Source of the DNA: Barthelona sp. PCE
Taxonomy: Eukaryota
Reading direction: 5' to 3'
Length of the DNA: 64,000 nucleotides
Assembly (NCBI GenBank): GCA_040285745.1
Contig: JAUFOR010000001.1
Span: 868,001 to 932,000, forward strand
Numbering within the stretch: position 1 is the stretch's first letter; each line of letters begins with the position of its first letter. A program made the translations under genes and the position numbers. The notes beneath the pieces were generated by a model, which searched no databases, was not told the origin of the DNA, and saw nothing but the letters and a program-made list of their open reading frames with translations. Positions 1-10,017 of the stretch are shown here, piece by piece.

Positions 1-1023
1 CTGAGGCCCATTGTCCCCTTCCAATGCGCGTTTGATCTTTCTCAAAAACTTGTTGTCGCTGTCCATCTGGGCCTTCAGGGCTGCGTATTCATCCCCCCTT
101 TCAGAGAGCTCAGATTGTAACTCTCCAATAACAGCGGTAGCGGCTGCCAGCTTTTCATCTAATTTGGCATTTTGCGAGGTGAGTTTATGCATCTTTCTAT
201 CGAGCTGGTTCGACTCGTCTTCCAGCTCTTTGCTCTTTGCGCTCAGTTTCTTCAATGCTTTAGTCTGCTTCCGATCTATTCCGAAATCATACTCAACCGC
301 TTCGCTTTGGAAATCGCGCAAGTTCGAATTGAGTTGGTCCAGAGCCTGGGTTACCTCGTCGTCGTCTACAACACCATCGTTGTTCGCATCAGCCAACGAG
401 AATAAGGACTTGATCAACCTCTGTGGAGCAACACCATATTCAAGCAGGGAAAGAGGTGCTGTCTCATCTGATATACGTGGACGGCGGGCAGGCCTGCGCT
501 CTCTGTTGGGCATTGTTTTCTTGATAACAGTATCAACAATGGTGGAACGTGTGCTAAGTTGTTTGTTCTTCTCTGCTGTTTTATCGTTAGTAAAACCATG
601 AGGGAATTGGCGCTCCCACATGAGCTGAGAGAAGTCGTGGTGGATTGCCTCTGTTTCTGAACGTATTTCAACAACACGTTGCACTAGCCATTGGATAATG
701 GGTAAAAACGCTTTATAATCCAAAGAACGGATCTGAGGTGCCGAAATAGGGTGAGGGCACTTCATGTAACGAAGAGAACGAACGATCTTCTCACCCATTC
801 TGATTATCATACCAAGATTTGCATTCTCTTGGAAGTTTACGTCAACCTCGACGTCCCCGTGGCAACTCTGAATGCACCAGACCATTCCACCCACTACACG
901 ATCGAAATTAGACAGCGACTGGATTCTAGCTCTGAAATAACCCGCAGCAACGAGATAATCGATAATATCGTAAAAGGCCTTCTCCTCAACCTCGTCGTAG
1001 CCTAAAGTAGACACGAATGACAT
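1..1023 (-). CDS. CCDC93: CCDC93 (CCC/Commander complex subunit); 3' end runs off the window
   Basis: Not in the ORF track. Manual translation from ATG 1023 gives MSFVSTLGYDEVEEKAFYDIIDYLVAAGYFRARIQSLSNFDRVVGGMVWCI...MKCPHPISAPQIRSLDYKAFLPIIQWLV, matching the CCDC93 N-terminal domain. Confidence 0.88.
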   Translation of the reverse strand, partial: MSFVSTLGYDEVEEKAFYDIIDYLVAAGYFRARIQSLSNFDRVVGGMVWCIQSCHGDVEVDVNFQENANLGMIIRMGEKIVRSLRYMKCPHPISAPQIRSLDYKAFLPIIQWLVQRVVEIRSETEAIHHDFSQLMWERQFPHGFTNDKTAEKNKQLSTRSTIVDTVIKKTMPNRERRPARRPRISDETAPLSLLEYGVAPQRLIKSLFSLADANNDGVVDDDEVTQALDQLNSNLRDFQSEAVEYDFGIDRKQTKALKKLSAKSKELEDESNQLDRKMHKLTSQNAKLDEKLAAATAVIGELQSELSERGDEYAALKAQMDSDNKFLRKIKRALEGDNGPQ

Positions 1024-1172
1024 CCTAAGATTGTGATTGAAGCAAGAAATTTTTTAACAGCTTCATTTCCGCATCGATTTCTTCCCACATCCCAATCCTT
1101 TGAGACCACTTATATTGGACAACATTACAACGTGCTATCCACATGAATTAATAAATGAATTGTTTTGCTTTA

Positions 1173-2555
1173 CTACATGTTATTGATGATGTTTTCCATC
1201 TCTTCAATTTCTTGATGATCCTCTAACAAGGACGATGTACTTTTTGTCTTACTGAAAGTCTCAGAATAACTTGACATATTGCTTGAACTGCTGTGTGATC
1301 TTGGTCGTCGTGGAGAGTTTGGGACAACTATTGTTACAGCATCCAAAACATCGATGGTAGGGCTGTCCCACTGTGGTTCAGGGAGCACACTCATGCTGCT
1401 ACTGTTGCTCAGATTCATAGGTGTAAATGATTCGAAAAGCCACTCATGCTGCAGCAATATAGAGGCTGTTGGTCGATCATCTGGATCCACCTGTAGACAC
1501 TCCATGAGGAACTCCCTTGCGTACCTCGGAAGATCCTTCGGTATCTCTGGTTTCTCACCTCTTCCTATTCGTAAAAGGGCAGCCATAGGGTTGTAGTTTG
1601 AATACGGCGGCTTTCCCGTCAGCATTTCAAGAACAGTCGCACCGAGCGACCATATATCTGCCTTACGCCCATGTCCGCTCTGCAATACTACTTCTGGTGC
1701 TATCCAATACGGAGAGCCATGTAACGAACGATGATCGATTGATCCTGTTCCTAGCTTAACACTTGCACCAAAATCTGCAAGCTTGACGCATCCCTCAGGC
1801 GTTACAAGGATGTTTGCTCCTTTTATATCTCTATGTATGATGCGGTGCGCATGTAAAAATTCCAAGCCTTGCAAGATCTGTCGTGTGTAGTTCTTCGCCA
1901 CTTTGTTCGGGAGTCCGCCGAACTGCCGTATCAAACTGGATAAGGTGCCACCGGCTATGTATTCCAAAAATATAGACATAACGTTTGGAGATATTTCTGT
2001 TCCCAAATACCTGACAATGTTCCGATGATCCACGAATCGAAGTAGGGATAGCTCTTTCTCAAGGGCGCGGATCTCGACAGATATTTCTTCTTCCAAAGGA
2101 CATTGTTTAACAGCGAGAAGTTCACCAGTTTCAACATTCAGACCTAAAAAGACCTGACCGAACGATCCAGCACCAAGCTGCTTGCCCTTAACCCAGTTTA
2201 TGGGCTTTGTGGGAACAACACTCGTCGTTTTATACATCTCAAAGATCTGTTCCCTGGTTAAATCGTCTTTATCGTAAAAATTGTTATCGAAAAGCAAAGA
2301 CCCCAATGTCACTCGTCTGCCACTTTGCTCCATAAACTCAGAAGCTATATTTTCAAGCATAGCGCGATCATTATTTCCTTCTTCTGGAACCACAGACATT
2401 TCGAATTCTTCATCTGTCACCTCGGGTGTGTCGTTGGGATCATCGATGATAGGCTGGTCATAAATATCGGAAGTCGAAGATATTGAAGGTAAACGAGAAC
2501 GGATTGCTTGTACTTTCAGTTTTTGCCTTGCTGGCGATGATGTGTTACCTCCCAT
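1173..2555 (-). CDS. STE11/MEKK-family MAP kinase kinase kinase
   Basis: Kinase motifs LGAGSFGQV, LAVK, HRDIKGAN, DFG, GSPYWIAPE. Confidence 0.92.
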   Translation of the reverse strand: MGGNTSSPARQKLKVQAIRSRLPSISSTSDIYDQPIIDDPNDTPEVTDEEFEMSVVPEEGNNDRAMLENIASEFMEQSGRRVTLGSLLFDNNFYDKDDLTREQIFEMYKTTSVVPTKPINWVKGKQLGAGSFGQVFLGLNVETGELLAVKQCPLEEEISVEIRALEKELSLLRFVDHRNIVRYLGTEISPNVMSIFLEYIAGGTLSSLIRQFGGLPNKVAKNYTRQILQGLEFLHAHRIIHRDIKGANILVTPEGCVKLADFGASVKLGTGSIDHRSLHGSPYWIAPEVVLQSGHGRKADIWSLGATVLEMLTGKPPYSNYNPMAALLRIGRGEKPEIPKDLPRYAREFLMECLQVDPDDRPTASILLQHEWLFESFTPMNLSNSSSMSVLPEPQWDSPTIDVLDAVTIVVPNSPRRPRSHSSSSNMSSYSETFSKTKSTSSLLEDHQEIEEMENIINNM

Positions 2556-2674
2556 CGAATATTAGCCAGAATTATGTGCTAACAATAAGTTAGAAAACCA
2601 TAAAACAAAAAGAAACAGGTTGAACTCTGTTTTAAGTTTTAACACCATATTTCTCTTGTTTAATAATCGGGAAA

Positions 2675-4780
2675 ATGGCCAGTGAACTTCCAGAGTTGCT
2701 AGATTATCTGTTAAATGATGGTCGTGGTCTTTTTAAGAGACATCAACATAAAGCTTTCTTTGAAATTGTAGGAGAGACAGCAGAGGCAGCGACGTTCACG
2801 CTCACACAGCTTCTTTCATCATTCATTGCTTCACAGTTGGGGTATGCATTGGATACTCCACCGTTTATGCTCATTTCTAACATCTCGGCGCTGACAAAGG
2901 TCGAGACGGGCAGAGACCAGATCCTTGAGAGGAGGCTGCTTACTTTAATCTCCAATATTGTACTATTTTTTCCATTTAACGATTCTGATCCAATTCTAAG
3001 AGACATGGTACGCATGTCATCTCAGCTGCAGCTACCCTCACCGGCGTTCAAGCAGTTGATTATATGGCTACGCTTCTTTGTCGTTGACAGTAACACTAAG
3101 GCCGACCACGAGATGGCAAAAGCTATGGTCGAAATGATTATCGACCCCGTAGAGTGGGACCCCACCTCCTTCGACAGCCTCATGCCGTTCTTCCTGAAGC
3201 AGGCACTGTTGAACTGTTCGGTAGCCAAGAAGAATTCGTCCATCGCAGGTCGATCTGTATTGGAGGTTGCAATAGTTTTGTATACGAAGTTGTTGAACAT
3301 CACTGTCGACCACCTGTCGGAGGAGAAAATGCTGCGCCTGATTGCATTTGCTATTCAGCTTGTGATGCGTTGTCCATTTGTGATGATCCCCATTGCATCG
3401 TTGCTGCCGGTCCTTTACAGACAGATCAAGACGCTCAGCCTCTGGTCCGGGTCTTACGCCCGCGTCGCAGACCTATTTGCAAGAATTTTGGCTCTGGAGA
3501 TTAAAAGTGTGGGACTTTCCAGAGTACTGTGTCTTACTTCAAGCCACGGCATCGGAAATCCGCTTGACATCGTCTCTTTCTCCCGATTCCCATCACACAC
3601 TCTTATAGATCCGGGAATCGCTTCCAGAATTAATTTTAATATTGATGTTCTACCTGAAGAATCGAAAGAAATCGCAACAGACGCGTGTGACGTTTCCTTT
3701 GAGGAGATTTCAGAGCTGATTGCACCATTTAATGACGTGAAAAAGTTTCCGGAGTTATCCTTACCATTGTGTCTTTGTGATTCGTTGACTGCACAAAAGT
3801 TCCCATCAGGTTTGATCCCTTCTTCTGTTCTTGTCCCTGCTACGATGGCCGTGTGCTCAATAGGCGGCGTGCAGGGCTACCTGGATGCCTCATATACACA
3901 GTTGTTGAGCGTGCTGAATGCAACCGACTCAAGTACTTTTGTATTGTGCGGAGACGACATTTCTTTTAATGGTCTCGCAAATGCCATCTGCATGATCATC
4001 AGGCAAGCCCCCGAATCATTATATAAGCGGGATTTGAGGTTTTTCTTCATCCCCCTAGAAGGCCGCAGTGGTGCTCTTGCTTCCTTCCTTAAAGAGAAGT
4101 GCCCGGTGTACGACACGATGCTCTATCGTCCGTTTCACACGCTCATGTTCTCTAATCACGATCCTATCATCGAAGATCTTGGAGGAAACGACTTCATCAG
4201 TATTATCCACCGGGCAATTGTGGACTTTTTTGTGGTTTCAAACAGCATTTTACAGTCAGTGTCCGTCAACCTGTGGTCTATCAGAGCTGAATCTGTGACA
4301 GGGAGTAAGATAAACGTATATTTCGGTTTGTTTTTAGAAGTCGGTCCCCGTGCTTCTAAGCTCGTGTATGAAGCAAAGAAGAGCACCTCCCCGAAGCACC
4401 AGAGCATCAATATGACGGTTAGCTTCGAGGCGGCGACGGTTACGGGCTCTTGTAGTCAAACAATCGAAGACATTTCTGTTGAGGGATTTTTGTTGTGTTT
4501 AACACCCCCAGATGATTCACAATACGCCGAATCAGCAAAGGCCTCTATTCCTGTCGGGGAATTTGGTTTGGAGTTATTTATGAAGCCAACTCAAGGACCT
4601 CCAATACATACTCTAGTAAGGCGACTGGCTATACAATCCGAAAAGGAGTTCCCAATCATTGTGGACGGCCGCGTACTTACTGGTATTGGTAATTTGATCG
4701 TCGAATGTGTTTATTTCGATGGAAAACCAGCCGAAATTAAGTTCGGAGTTTTCTCAGGTTCAGATATTGACAATACCTAA
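2675..4780 (+). CDS. Hypothetical protein; C-terminal half resembles the PI3K p101 (PIK3R5)/PACS-like domain
   Basis: 701-aa ORF; segment FVLCGDD...LRFFFIPL...LASFL recalls that family (by eye only). Confidence 0.5.
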   Translation: MASELPELLDYLLNDGRGLFKRHQHKAFFEIVGETAEAATFTLTQLLSSFIASQLGYALDTPPFMLISNISALTKVETGRDQILERRLLTLISNIVLFFPFNDSDPILRDMVRMSSQLQLPSPAFKQLIIWLRFFVVDSNTKADHEMAKAMVEMIIDPVEWDPTSFDSLMPFFLKQALLNCSVAKKNSSIAGRSVLEVAIVLYTKLLNITVDHLSEEKMLRLIAFAIQLVMRCPFVMIPIASLLPVLYRQIKTLSLWSGSYARVADLFARILALEIKSVGLSRVLCLTSSHGIGNPLDIVSFSRFPSHTLIDPGIASRINFNIDVLPEESKEIATDACDVSFEEISELIAPFNDVKKFPELSLPLCLCDSLTAQKFPSGLIPSSVLVPATMAVCSIGGVQGYLDASYTQLLSVLNATDSSTFVLCGDDISFNGLANAICMIIRQAPESLYKRDLRFFFIPLEGRSGALASFLKEKCPVYDTMLYRPFHTLMFSNHDPIIEDLGGNDFISIIHRAIVDFFVVSNSILQSVSVNLWSIRAESVTGSKINVYFGLFLEVGPRASKLVYEAKKSTSPKHQSINMTVSFEAATVTGSCSQTIEDISVEGFLLCLTPPDDSQYAESAKASIPVGEFGLELFMKPTQGPPIHTLVRRLAIQSEKEFPIIVDGRVLTGIGNLIVECVYFDGKPAEIKFGVFSGSDIDNT

Positions 4781-4782
4781 TT

Positions 4783-7700
4783 TTATTCCTCTGCTTCTGA
4801 TAAAACATCAGAATCTTCATTTTTGGGACTATCAAACGTTGATTTTGTGCTCCTTTTACCTATTTTTTTACCCATTTTAGGTGAAACGAGAGTGCTACGG
4901 CTACGCTTTGTGATAGCCTCTGTACGTAACTTGCCAAACAAACTGTCAAAAGCACCTTTTTCCTTACTCTTCTTCTTCTTTTTACCCTTTGGAGTGCCAG
5001 GAATACGTTTCTTTGGCGTGCTAGGTGTGTCGGGTGTGTCAGGAGTGTCAGGAGATGATAAAGAATTTGTTGAAGCCAATTTTTCAAGTTTCTTCTTCTT
5101 CTTTTCTTCTTCCTTCTTCTGCCTTGTGCGATACGAATCTAATTCTTGTAAACCACGCTTGACCTGCCTGATGAGCTCAACAAAGTACGCTGTGAACTCA
5201 TAAAACGGATCCTTAGGGTTCTCTCCAAATTGCTTTATCAAATCTGTTGCGTTGGACAAAGATGACTCAACTCCGCTCTCTAATAGACCTATGGACTCTT
5301 CTTTGTCACTCACAAAAGCAGTGAAACGCTCATAAACAGGATCTGAGGGATCTAAAGCAGCAGTAAACTTTTGGACTTGCAAAAAAGATTTTTTAACTTG
5401 TTTCAGATCAAGGGAAATGGCCTCAAGATCTATCCTCGGCAGATCCAGCAGGGAATCCATCTCGTCTGCGAACGAAAGACATTCAGGTGCAGTACTCTGT
5501 AAATTGTCAAGTAAAAACATTATGAATGAAGAGTTTCCGTTCTGTAAAGAATACAGCTGGGGAAGACTCTGCAGCGAAAACCCATACGCACCTCCACCTG
5601 GTGAGCCGCTGTTGAGGATGTTGCCTGCAACCAACAGTGCGTGAAAGAATGATTTGAGGTTCTTGTTTTCGAGAATGAGTGAATGGAACTTGTTAATATT
5701 ACCAACCGTGACAAACACGCTGTCTATGAACGATCCGAGCGTTGTAAGGCTGATGAATGCCTCTAAACGATCGACTGGGTTGCCGAATTCCTCAATTAAC
5801 GAAGAGATCATAATATCCGACGGGTGTGATGACTCTGATACGATAAATCCATCAAATAGAGCCATGTCTTCGACCGATGGGAGCAGATTGCGCATGTTCG
5901 AGTACTTTGACTCCGGGATCTTTTTCACAATTTCTTCTGTGAAGGGATTCCTCACGAAATCTGCAATATCACTGATTTGCAGCTTGAGAGAACCACGTAC
6001 AATATCCATATTCTGCATTTTGCTTCCCATAACAGAGACGACCTTGTTTTCCGTCTTCTTTGCCGTCGATTCATTCTTCTTCTTCTTCTTCTCTTCCACA
6101 CCAAAAACGTCTAGGAACGCGTCTATACTGAAGAGATCGGTTGCAGTAACCTTCTTATCGAGAGAATCAATGTCTTCCCAGATTGTGTTGTCGATCTTTT
6201 TATCAGGGATCTTCTTCCACCTCAAGCGCTTCATTGGTTTGGCCAACTTCTTGTTTTTCTTTTTAGGCCGCTTGTTTTTTTTGCCAAAGCCAAAACCAGG
6301 CATACCAGGCATACCAGGACCAGGTGGAGCTCCAGGCATACCAGGAATACCAGGCATACCAGGTGGAGCTCCAGGCATACCAGGAATACCAGGTGGAGCT
6401 CCAGGAATACCAAGAATACCAGGAATACCGGGCATACCAGGCGGAGCTCCAGGCATACCAGGAATACCACCCGGCGGAGCAGGAACACCACCTGGAGGAG
6501 CAGGAATACCACCAGGTGGAGCAGGAACACCACCCGGAGGAGCAGGAACACCACCCGGAGGAGCAGGAATACCACCAGGTGGAGCAGGAATACCACCAGG
6601 TGGAGCAGGAACACCACCTGGAGGAGCAGGAATACCACCAGGTGGAGCAGGAACACCACCCGGAGGAGCAGGGATACCGCCAGGAGGAGCAGGAACACCA
6701 CCAGAAGAAGCATTATTCAGGACCTTTAGCCCAGCAACCTCACTTTTCAATCTTAAAAGATCACCATCCTTAGCATCGATAGTTTTTTTGAGCCCACTAA
6801 TTGTTGTGGCGAGCTTGGCAATCTCAGCCTTCAGCGTCATGATCTCCTTTGCATGCTCATCATCATCTACTACAATTTCGCCCTCTCCTTGAAGAATCTT
6901 GATGGCCTTTGCCAACACTTCCTGCTGAGTCTGGCTATACTTCCGGCTGGTAGGAAGGATTCCCTTCATCAATCCCTCCATTTGATCGACAACATAAAAC
7001 TCAGAATCATCTTCTTTTTGAGTGAAATAATTCTGGATAAGAACATCGTCTTGTAGAGATGAAGTCATGTCCAGGAGTATGTCAAAGAAGTTCTCCCTCT
7101 CGAGCATCTGTCTGAACCTGAATCTGTCCTCGATATCTTCTTCATTGTCGAGGTAAGTGTTAATGAAGAGCAGGAATGTACTCACTACAGCATCAGTCCA
7201 CTCACCGATGCTACTTACGAACTGGAAAGGGCGTGGTTTGTTTAGGACGGCGTTTTTTAACAGTGGGAAAGCATTATGCTTGAATAGAGTGCCTGAACCG
7301 GCAAGGACTGTAAGCATTTCCCAAGCTTGGTTAGCAATGTTGATTGGGAACGATCTGTGTGTCACGAGGCCCCAAACCACATCAACGAAATCCTGCCTGT
7401 GCATTAGCATGTCCATCGTGAAGGAGCCACCGTTAAACATAGCCTTGAAACACAGCAGGAGTTCAACCATCATGTCCCCTGACGCAACGCGGGACTTGAT
7501 GAGCCCGCCCGCAATCTTCAGCAGCTCCTGATGTCCCTTTCCCGCAATCGTGAAATCCGTCAACCAATCCATGTCCTCCGTCTTCAGAGCGGCACGGCAG
7601 TCCTGCAACACGAGTAGAGTGGGCTCATTACGGAGTTTTGCAAGGAGGAACGAAGGATTCTTGGTGCTCTCTGGCTTCTCATTAACCTCTTTCATCTTAT

Positions 7701-7926
7701 ACATGTTGATAAACTGAAGCTTCTGCTGTTTTCCCATCTGTCGCATGTTATCTGCAGCAGCTGGAGGAATCATGAGCTTCCTAATGGTGTCCTCAAACTC
7801 TTTTTCGAAATCTTCATCGTTAGGAACGAAGAAATCTGAACTTGGAGGTGGAAGTGGTGCAGCCCTACCGGGAGGAGCCTCCACCACCTCCTCTTTTTTC
7901 CCTTTAAACCATGAGAACATGGACAT
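4783..7926 (-). CDS. Diaphanous-like formin (GBD/FH3-FH1-FH2)
   Basis: Polyproline FH1 region; FH2 motifs [14 protein letters not shown] and [10 protein letters not shown]...AYGF. Confidence 0.93.
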   Translation of the reverse strand: MSMFSWFKGKKEEVVEAPPGRAAPLPPPSSDFFVPNDEDFEKEFEDTIRKLMIPPAAADNMRQMGKQQKLQFINMYKMKEVNEKPESTKNPSFLLAKLRNEPTLLVLQDCRAALKTEDMDWLTDFTIAGKGHQELLKIAGGLIKSRVASGDMMVELLLCFKAMFNGGSFTMDMLMHRQDFVDVVWGLVTHRSFPINIANQAWEMLTVLAGSGTLFKHNAFPLLKNAVLNKPRPFQFVSSIGEWTDAVVSTFLLFINTYLDNEEDIEDRFRFRQMLERENFFDILLDMTSSLQDDVLIQNYFTQKEDDSEFYVVDQMEGLMKGILPTSRKYSQTQQEVLAKAIKILQGEGEIVVDDDEHAKEIMTLKAEIAKLATTISGLKKTIDAKDGDLLRLKSEVAGLKVLNNASSGGVPAPPGGIPAPPGGVPAPPGGIPAPPGGVPAPPGGIPAPPGGIPAPPGGVPAPPGGVPAPPGGIPAPPGGVPAPPGGIPGMPGAPPGMPGIPGILGIPGAPPGIPGMPGAPPGMPGIPGMPGAPPGPGMPGMPGFGFGKKNKRPKKKNKKLAKPMKRLRWKKIPDKKIDNTIWEDIDSLDKKVTATDLFSIDAFLDVFGVEEKKKKKNESTAKKTENKVVSVMGSKMQNMDIVRGSLKLQISDIADFVRNPFTEEIVKKIPESKYSNMRNLLPSVEDMALFDGFIVSESSHPSDIMISSLIEEFGNPVDRLEAFISLTTLGSFIDSVFVTVGNINKFHSLILENKNLKSFFHALLVAGNILNSGSPGGGAYGFSLQSLPQLYSLQNGNSSFIMFLLDNLQSTAPECLSFADEMDSLLDLPRIDLEAISLDLKQVKKSFLQVQKFTAALDPSDPVYERFTAFVSDKEESIGLLESGVESSLSNATDLIKQFGENPKDPFYEFTAYFVELIRQVKRGLQELDSYRTRQKKEEEKKKKKLEKLASTNSLSSPDTPDTPDTPSTPKKRIPGTPKGKKKKKSKEKGAFDSLFGKLRTEAITKRSRSTLVSPKMGKKIGKRSTKSTFDSPKNEDSDVLSEAEE
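6296..6702 (-). repeat. Coding tandem repeats of the formin FH1 domain
   Basis: About 11 copies of a 21-nt GG(I/V)PAPP unit followed by G(M/I)PG / GAPP repeats. Confidence 0.9.
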
Positions 7927-7988
7927 AGGACAGAAAAATTATAACAACATTTTTACTCAATTTAAATACTATGAATTGAATCTCAGGG

Positions 7989-9044
7989 TTATAGGCCACT
8001 GAAAAACCTTGAATTTTGTGAAATAGGTTTAGACTTTTTTTTGCGATTGTTTCGCCTCTTCTTCTTCTTTGGTACAATTTTCAATTGCTCGGGTTGCGTT
8101 TCTTCAACTTCCTCCTCCTCCTCAACAAGAAAACTGGTGTCCCAAAGCTTCACACAATCACCGTGACTGGAACTGGCGACTATAGACTTTGAGCAATTCA
8201 GTGTTAAGTTCTCAATGGGAAAATCATGATCGCCAATCATACCAAGGGGCTCGTTAGGCATAAATGAGAGAACTCTAATGAGACCGTCGGATGAACCAGT
8301 TAAATAGAGCTCATCAGTAACGGCGATAATGGCAGAAACCGAATCTGGATGAACGTGAAAAGCGTTGCAGGGGAGATCCCACTGGTCCATTTTCCAGAAG
8401 TTTATCTTTCCTTCCAACGTACCCGTAACCAAATAAGGATCTTTACGACTAATAAAGAGCATGCTTTGTTGTTCGTCGTCGAGGTTTTCTGAGATCATTA
8501 GCAATTCTTTGCTGGCAAGATCAAACACATAGAGGTATCCGTCCGCACCCCCTGCACAGAGAACAGCTTGCTCAGGTTCGTAAGCTAAGGATGTGATGCC
8601 TTCGTTGGTTTCTTTCACGCTCATTGTGCACATCTGTGTTTCCAGGTTCCACATCTTGATGGTTCCCTCATCGTCACCAGTGATGACTAAATATCCACCG
8701 AGATAAAGCATTGCAGAAATTGGAGCTGCATGTGCCTTCACCTTCTTCCATGTGACGTTATCTTCACCGGCGAGAAGGTGCTCGACAGAGTGCAGCTTGA
8801 GGCTCTGTGATGAGCCTGCTGTTAAAAGATAATCCCCATTTGCTGTAAAGGACAAACAACGAACTGCTCGGTTATGGCACTTGAATGTGAATATCAGCTC
8901 CGATGATTCGGGCAATGCCTTGACTCTGAATAGCGAACAGCTGCCGTCTATACAACCAACGGCAAGGATTTGTTCTGTTGGGTGAAATGCCATTGAAAAA
9001 ACTGTTGCTGGCACTTCCAGGTCAGAGTATACCAATTCAGTCAT
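7989..9044 (-). CDS. WD40-repeat protein (WDR55-like)
   Basis: Multiple WD repeats with an acidic then basic tail ending FFSGL. Confidence 0.75.
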   Translation of the reverse strand: MTELVYSDLEVPATVFSMAFHPTEQILAVGCIDGSCSLFRVKALPESSELIFTFKCHNRAVRCLSFTANGDYLLTAGSSQSLKLHSVEHLLAGEDNVTWKKVKAHAAPISAMLYLGGYLVITGDDEGTIKMWNLETQMCTMSVKETNEGITSLAYEPEQAVLCAGGADGYLYVFDLASKELLMISENLDDEQQSMLFISRKDPYLVTGTLEGKINFWKMDQWDLPCNAFHVHPDSVSAIIAVTDELYLTGSSDGLIRVLSFMPNEPLGMIGDHDFPIENLTLNCSKSIVASSSHGDCVKLWDTSFLVEEEEEVEETQPEQLKIVPKKKKRRNNRKKKSKPISQNSRFFSGL

Positions 9045-9341
9045 GACAAAATAGAAAAGGGTAGTAATTGAGATACCACCATAATATTGATGAGTGATTT
9101 ACAACTAAATTATATGATGTGGGCTTTGTTGGCAGAATGATGTGTTTGGGGGTACTAAACTGTTGTTGAAGGCAAAATATTGAGATTTTCTATGTTGGGC
9201 CGTTGTAAGTGTTTCTTTATTTTTAACTGGTTTTGATCTTCTAAAAGCACAGTATGAGTCCAGAAAAAGTAAACAGAAAGGGAGTAATCTCAAATGAAGG
9301 CGTTTTGTATTTTTCTTCCAGTTTCTTAGTTCTAGTTTTTG

Positions 9342-10004
9342 ATGAACAAACCCCTTGCACCATACAACCTACTCCTCGTGATGTGTGGTAGCCTGAACCC
9401 AATTACAATTGCACATCTCCGATTGTTCTTTGATGCTAAAGCTGCTTTCAGCCATCAATACTCTGTGATAAAGGGCATCTTGTCGCCTGTCAACGACGCA
9501 TACCGCTCTTTCAAGTTCGGAAAACCCGTTTTGATCGATGGCCACCATCGTGTGAATATGTGTCGTGCTGCCACTGAGGATATCGATTGGATCACCGTAG
9601 ACACATTTGAGATGGAGCAGGACCACTACGTGCGCACGTATGAGTATCTATGTCATCTTACAGACGAGTACCCACTGGCAGAATGGGATATCCGTTTTGT
9701 GTGTGGCGTTGATTTGCTTAGCACATTCAAACCAGAAATATGGAACAACTGCGTCAATATTATCAACGAGTTCGGTTTTGTTGCCTTTGAACGAAAAGGT
9801 TACCCAACTGTTGAAGAGGTTGTTGAAGAAAATCCTATTTTGAGGAAAAACAGTCACCATATACTAACTGCGACAAGTCCTTGTTCAAATAGCATATCGA
9901 GCACGGTGGTGCGAGACTTGGTGCGCAGGAATGACAGCCCACGATTTCTGGTAGCTGATAGAGTACTGGACTACATCAATAATAATCAGCTCTATATTGA
10001 ATAA
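9342..10004 (+). CDS. NMNAT: Nicotinamide mononucleotide adenylyltransferase
   Basis: CGSLNPITIAH, SPVNDAY, CGVDLL and ISSTVVR motifs; first ATG at 9342. Confidence 0.92.
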   Translation: MNKPLAPYNLLLVMCGSLNPITIAHLRLFFDAKAAFSHQYSVIKGILSPVNDAYRSFKFGKPVLIDGHHRVNMCRAATEDIDWITVDTFEMEQDHYVRTYEYLCHLTDEYPLAEWDIRFVCGVDLLSTFKPEIWNNCVNIINEFGFVAFERKGYPTVEEVVEENPILRKNSHHILTATSPCSNSISSTVVRDLVRRNDSPRFLVADRVLDYINNNQLYIE

Positions 10005-10017
10005 AACCAAAATCATT

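Noticed and set aside
11-601. 196-aa plus-strand ORF
   Set aside because: Antisense shadow of CCDC93
2579-2593. CTAAC...AG branch-point-like motif on both strands between the kinase and the next gene
   Set aside because: Arises from a short palindrome; no convincing donor site, and neither gene needs an extra exon
6296-6702. CRISPR-like periodic repeat
   Set aside because: No spacers; it is an in-frame coding repeat in a eukaryotic gene
5654-6892. Long alternative-frame and antisense ORFs over the formin repeats
   Set aside because: Shadows of the low-complexity FH1 repeat
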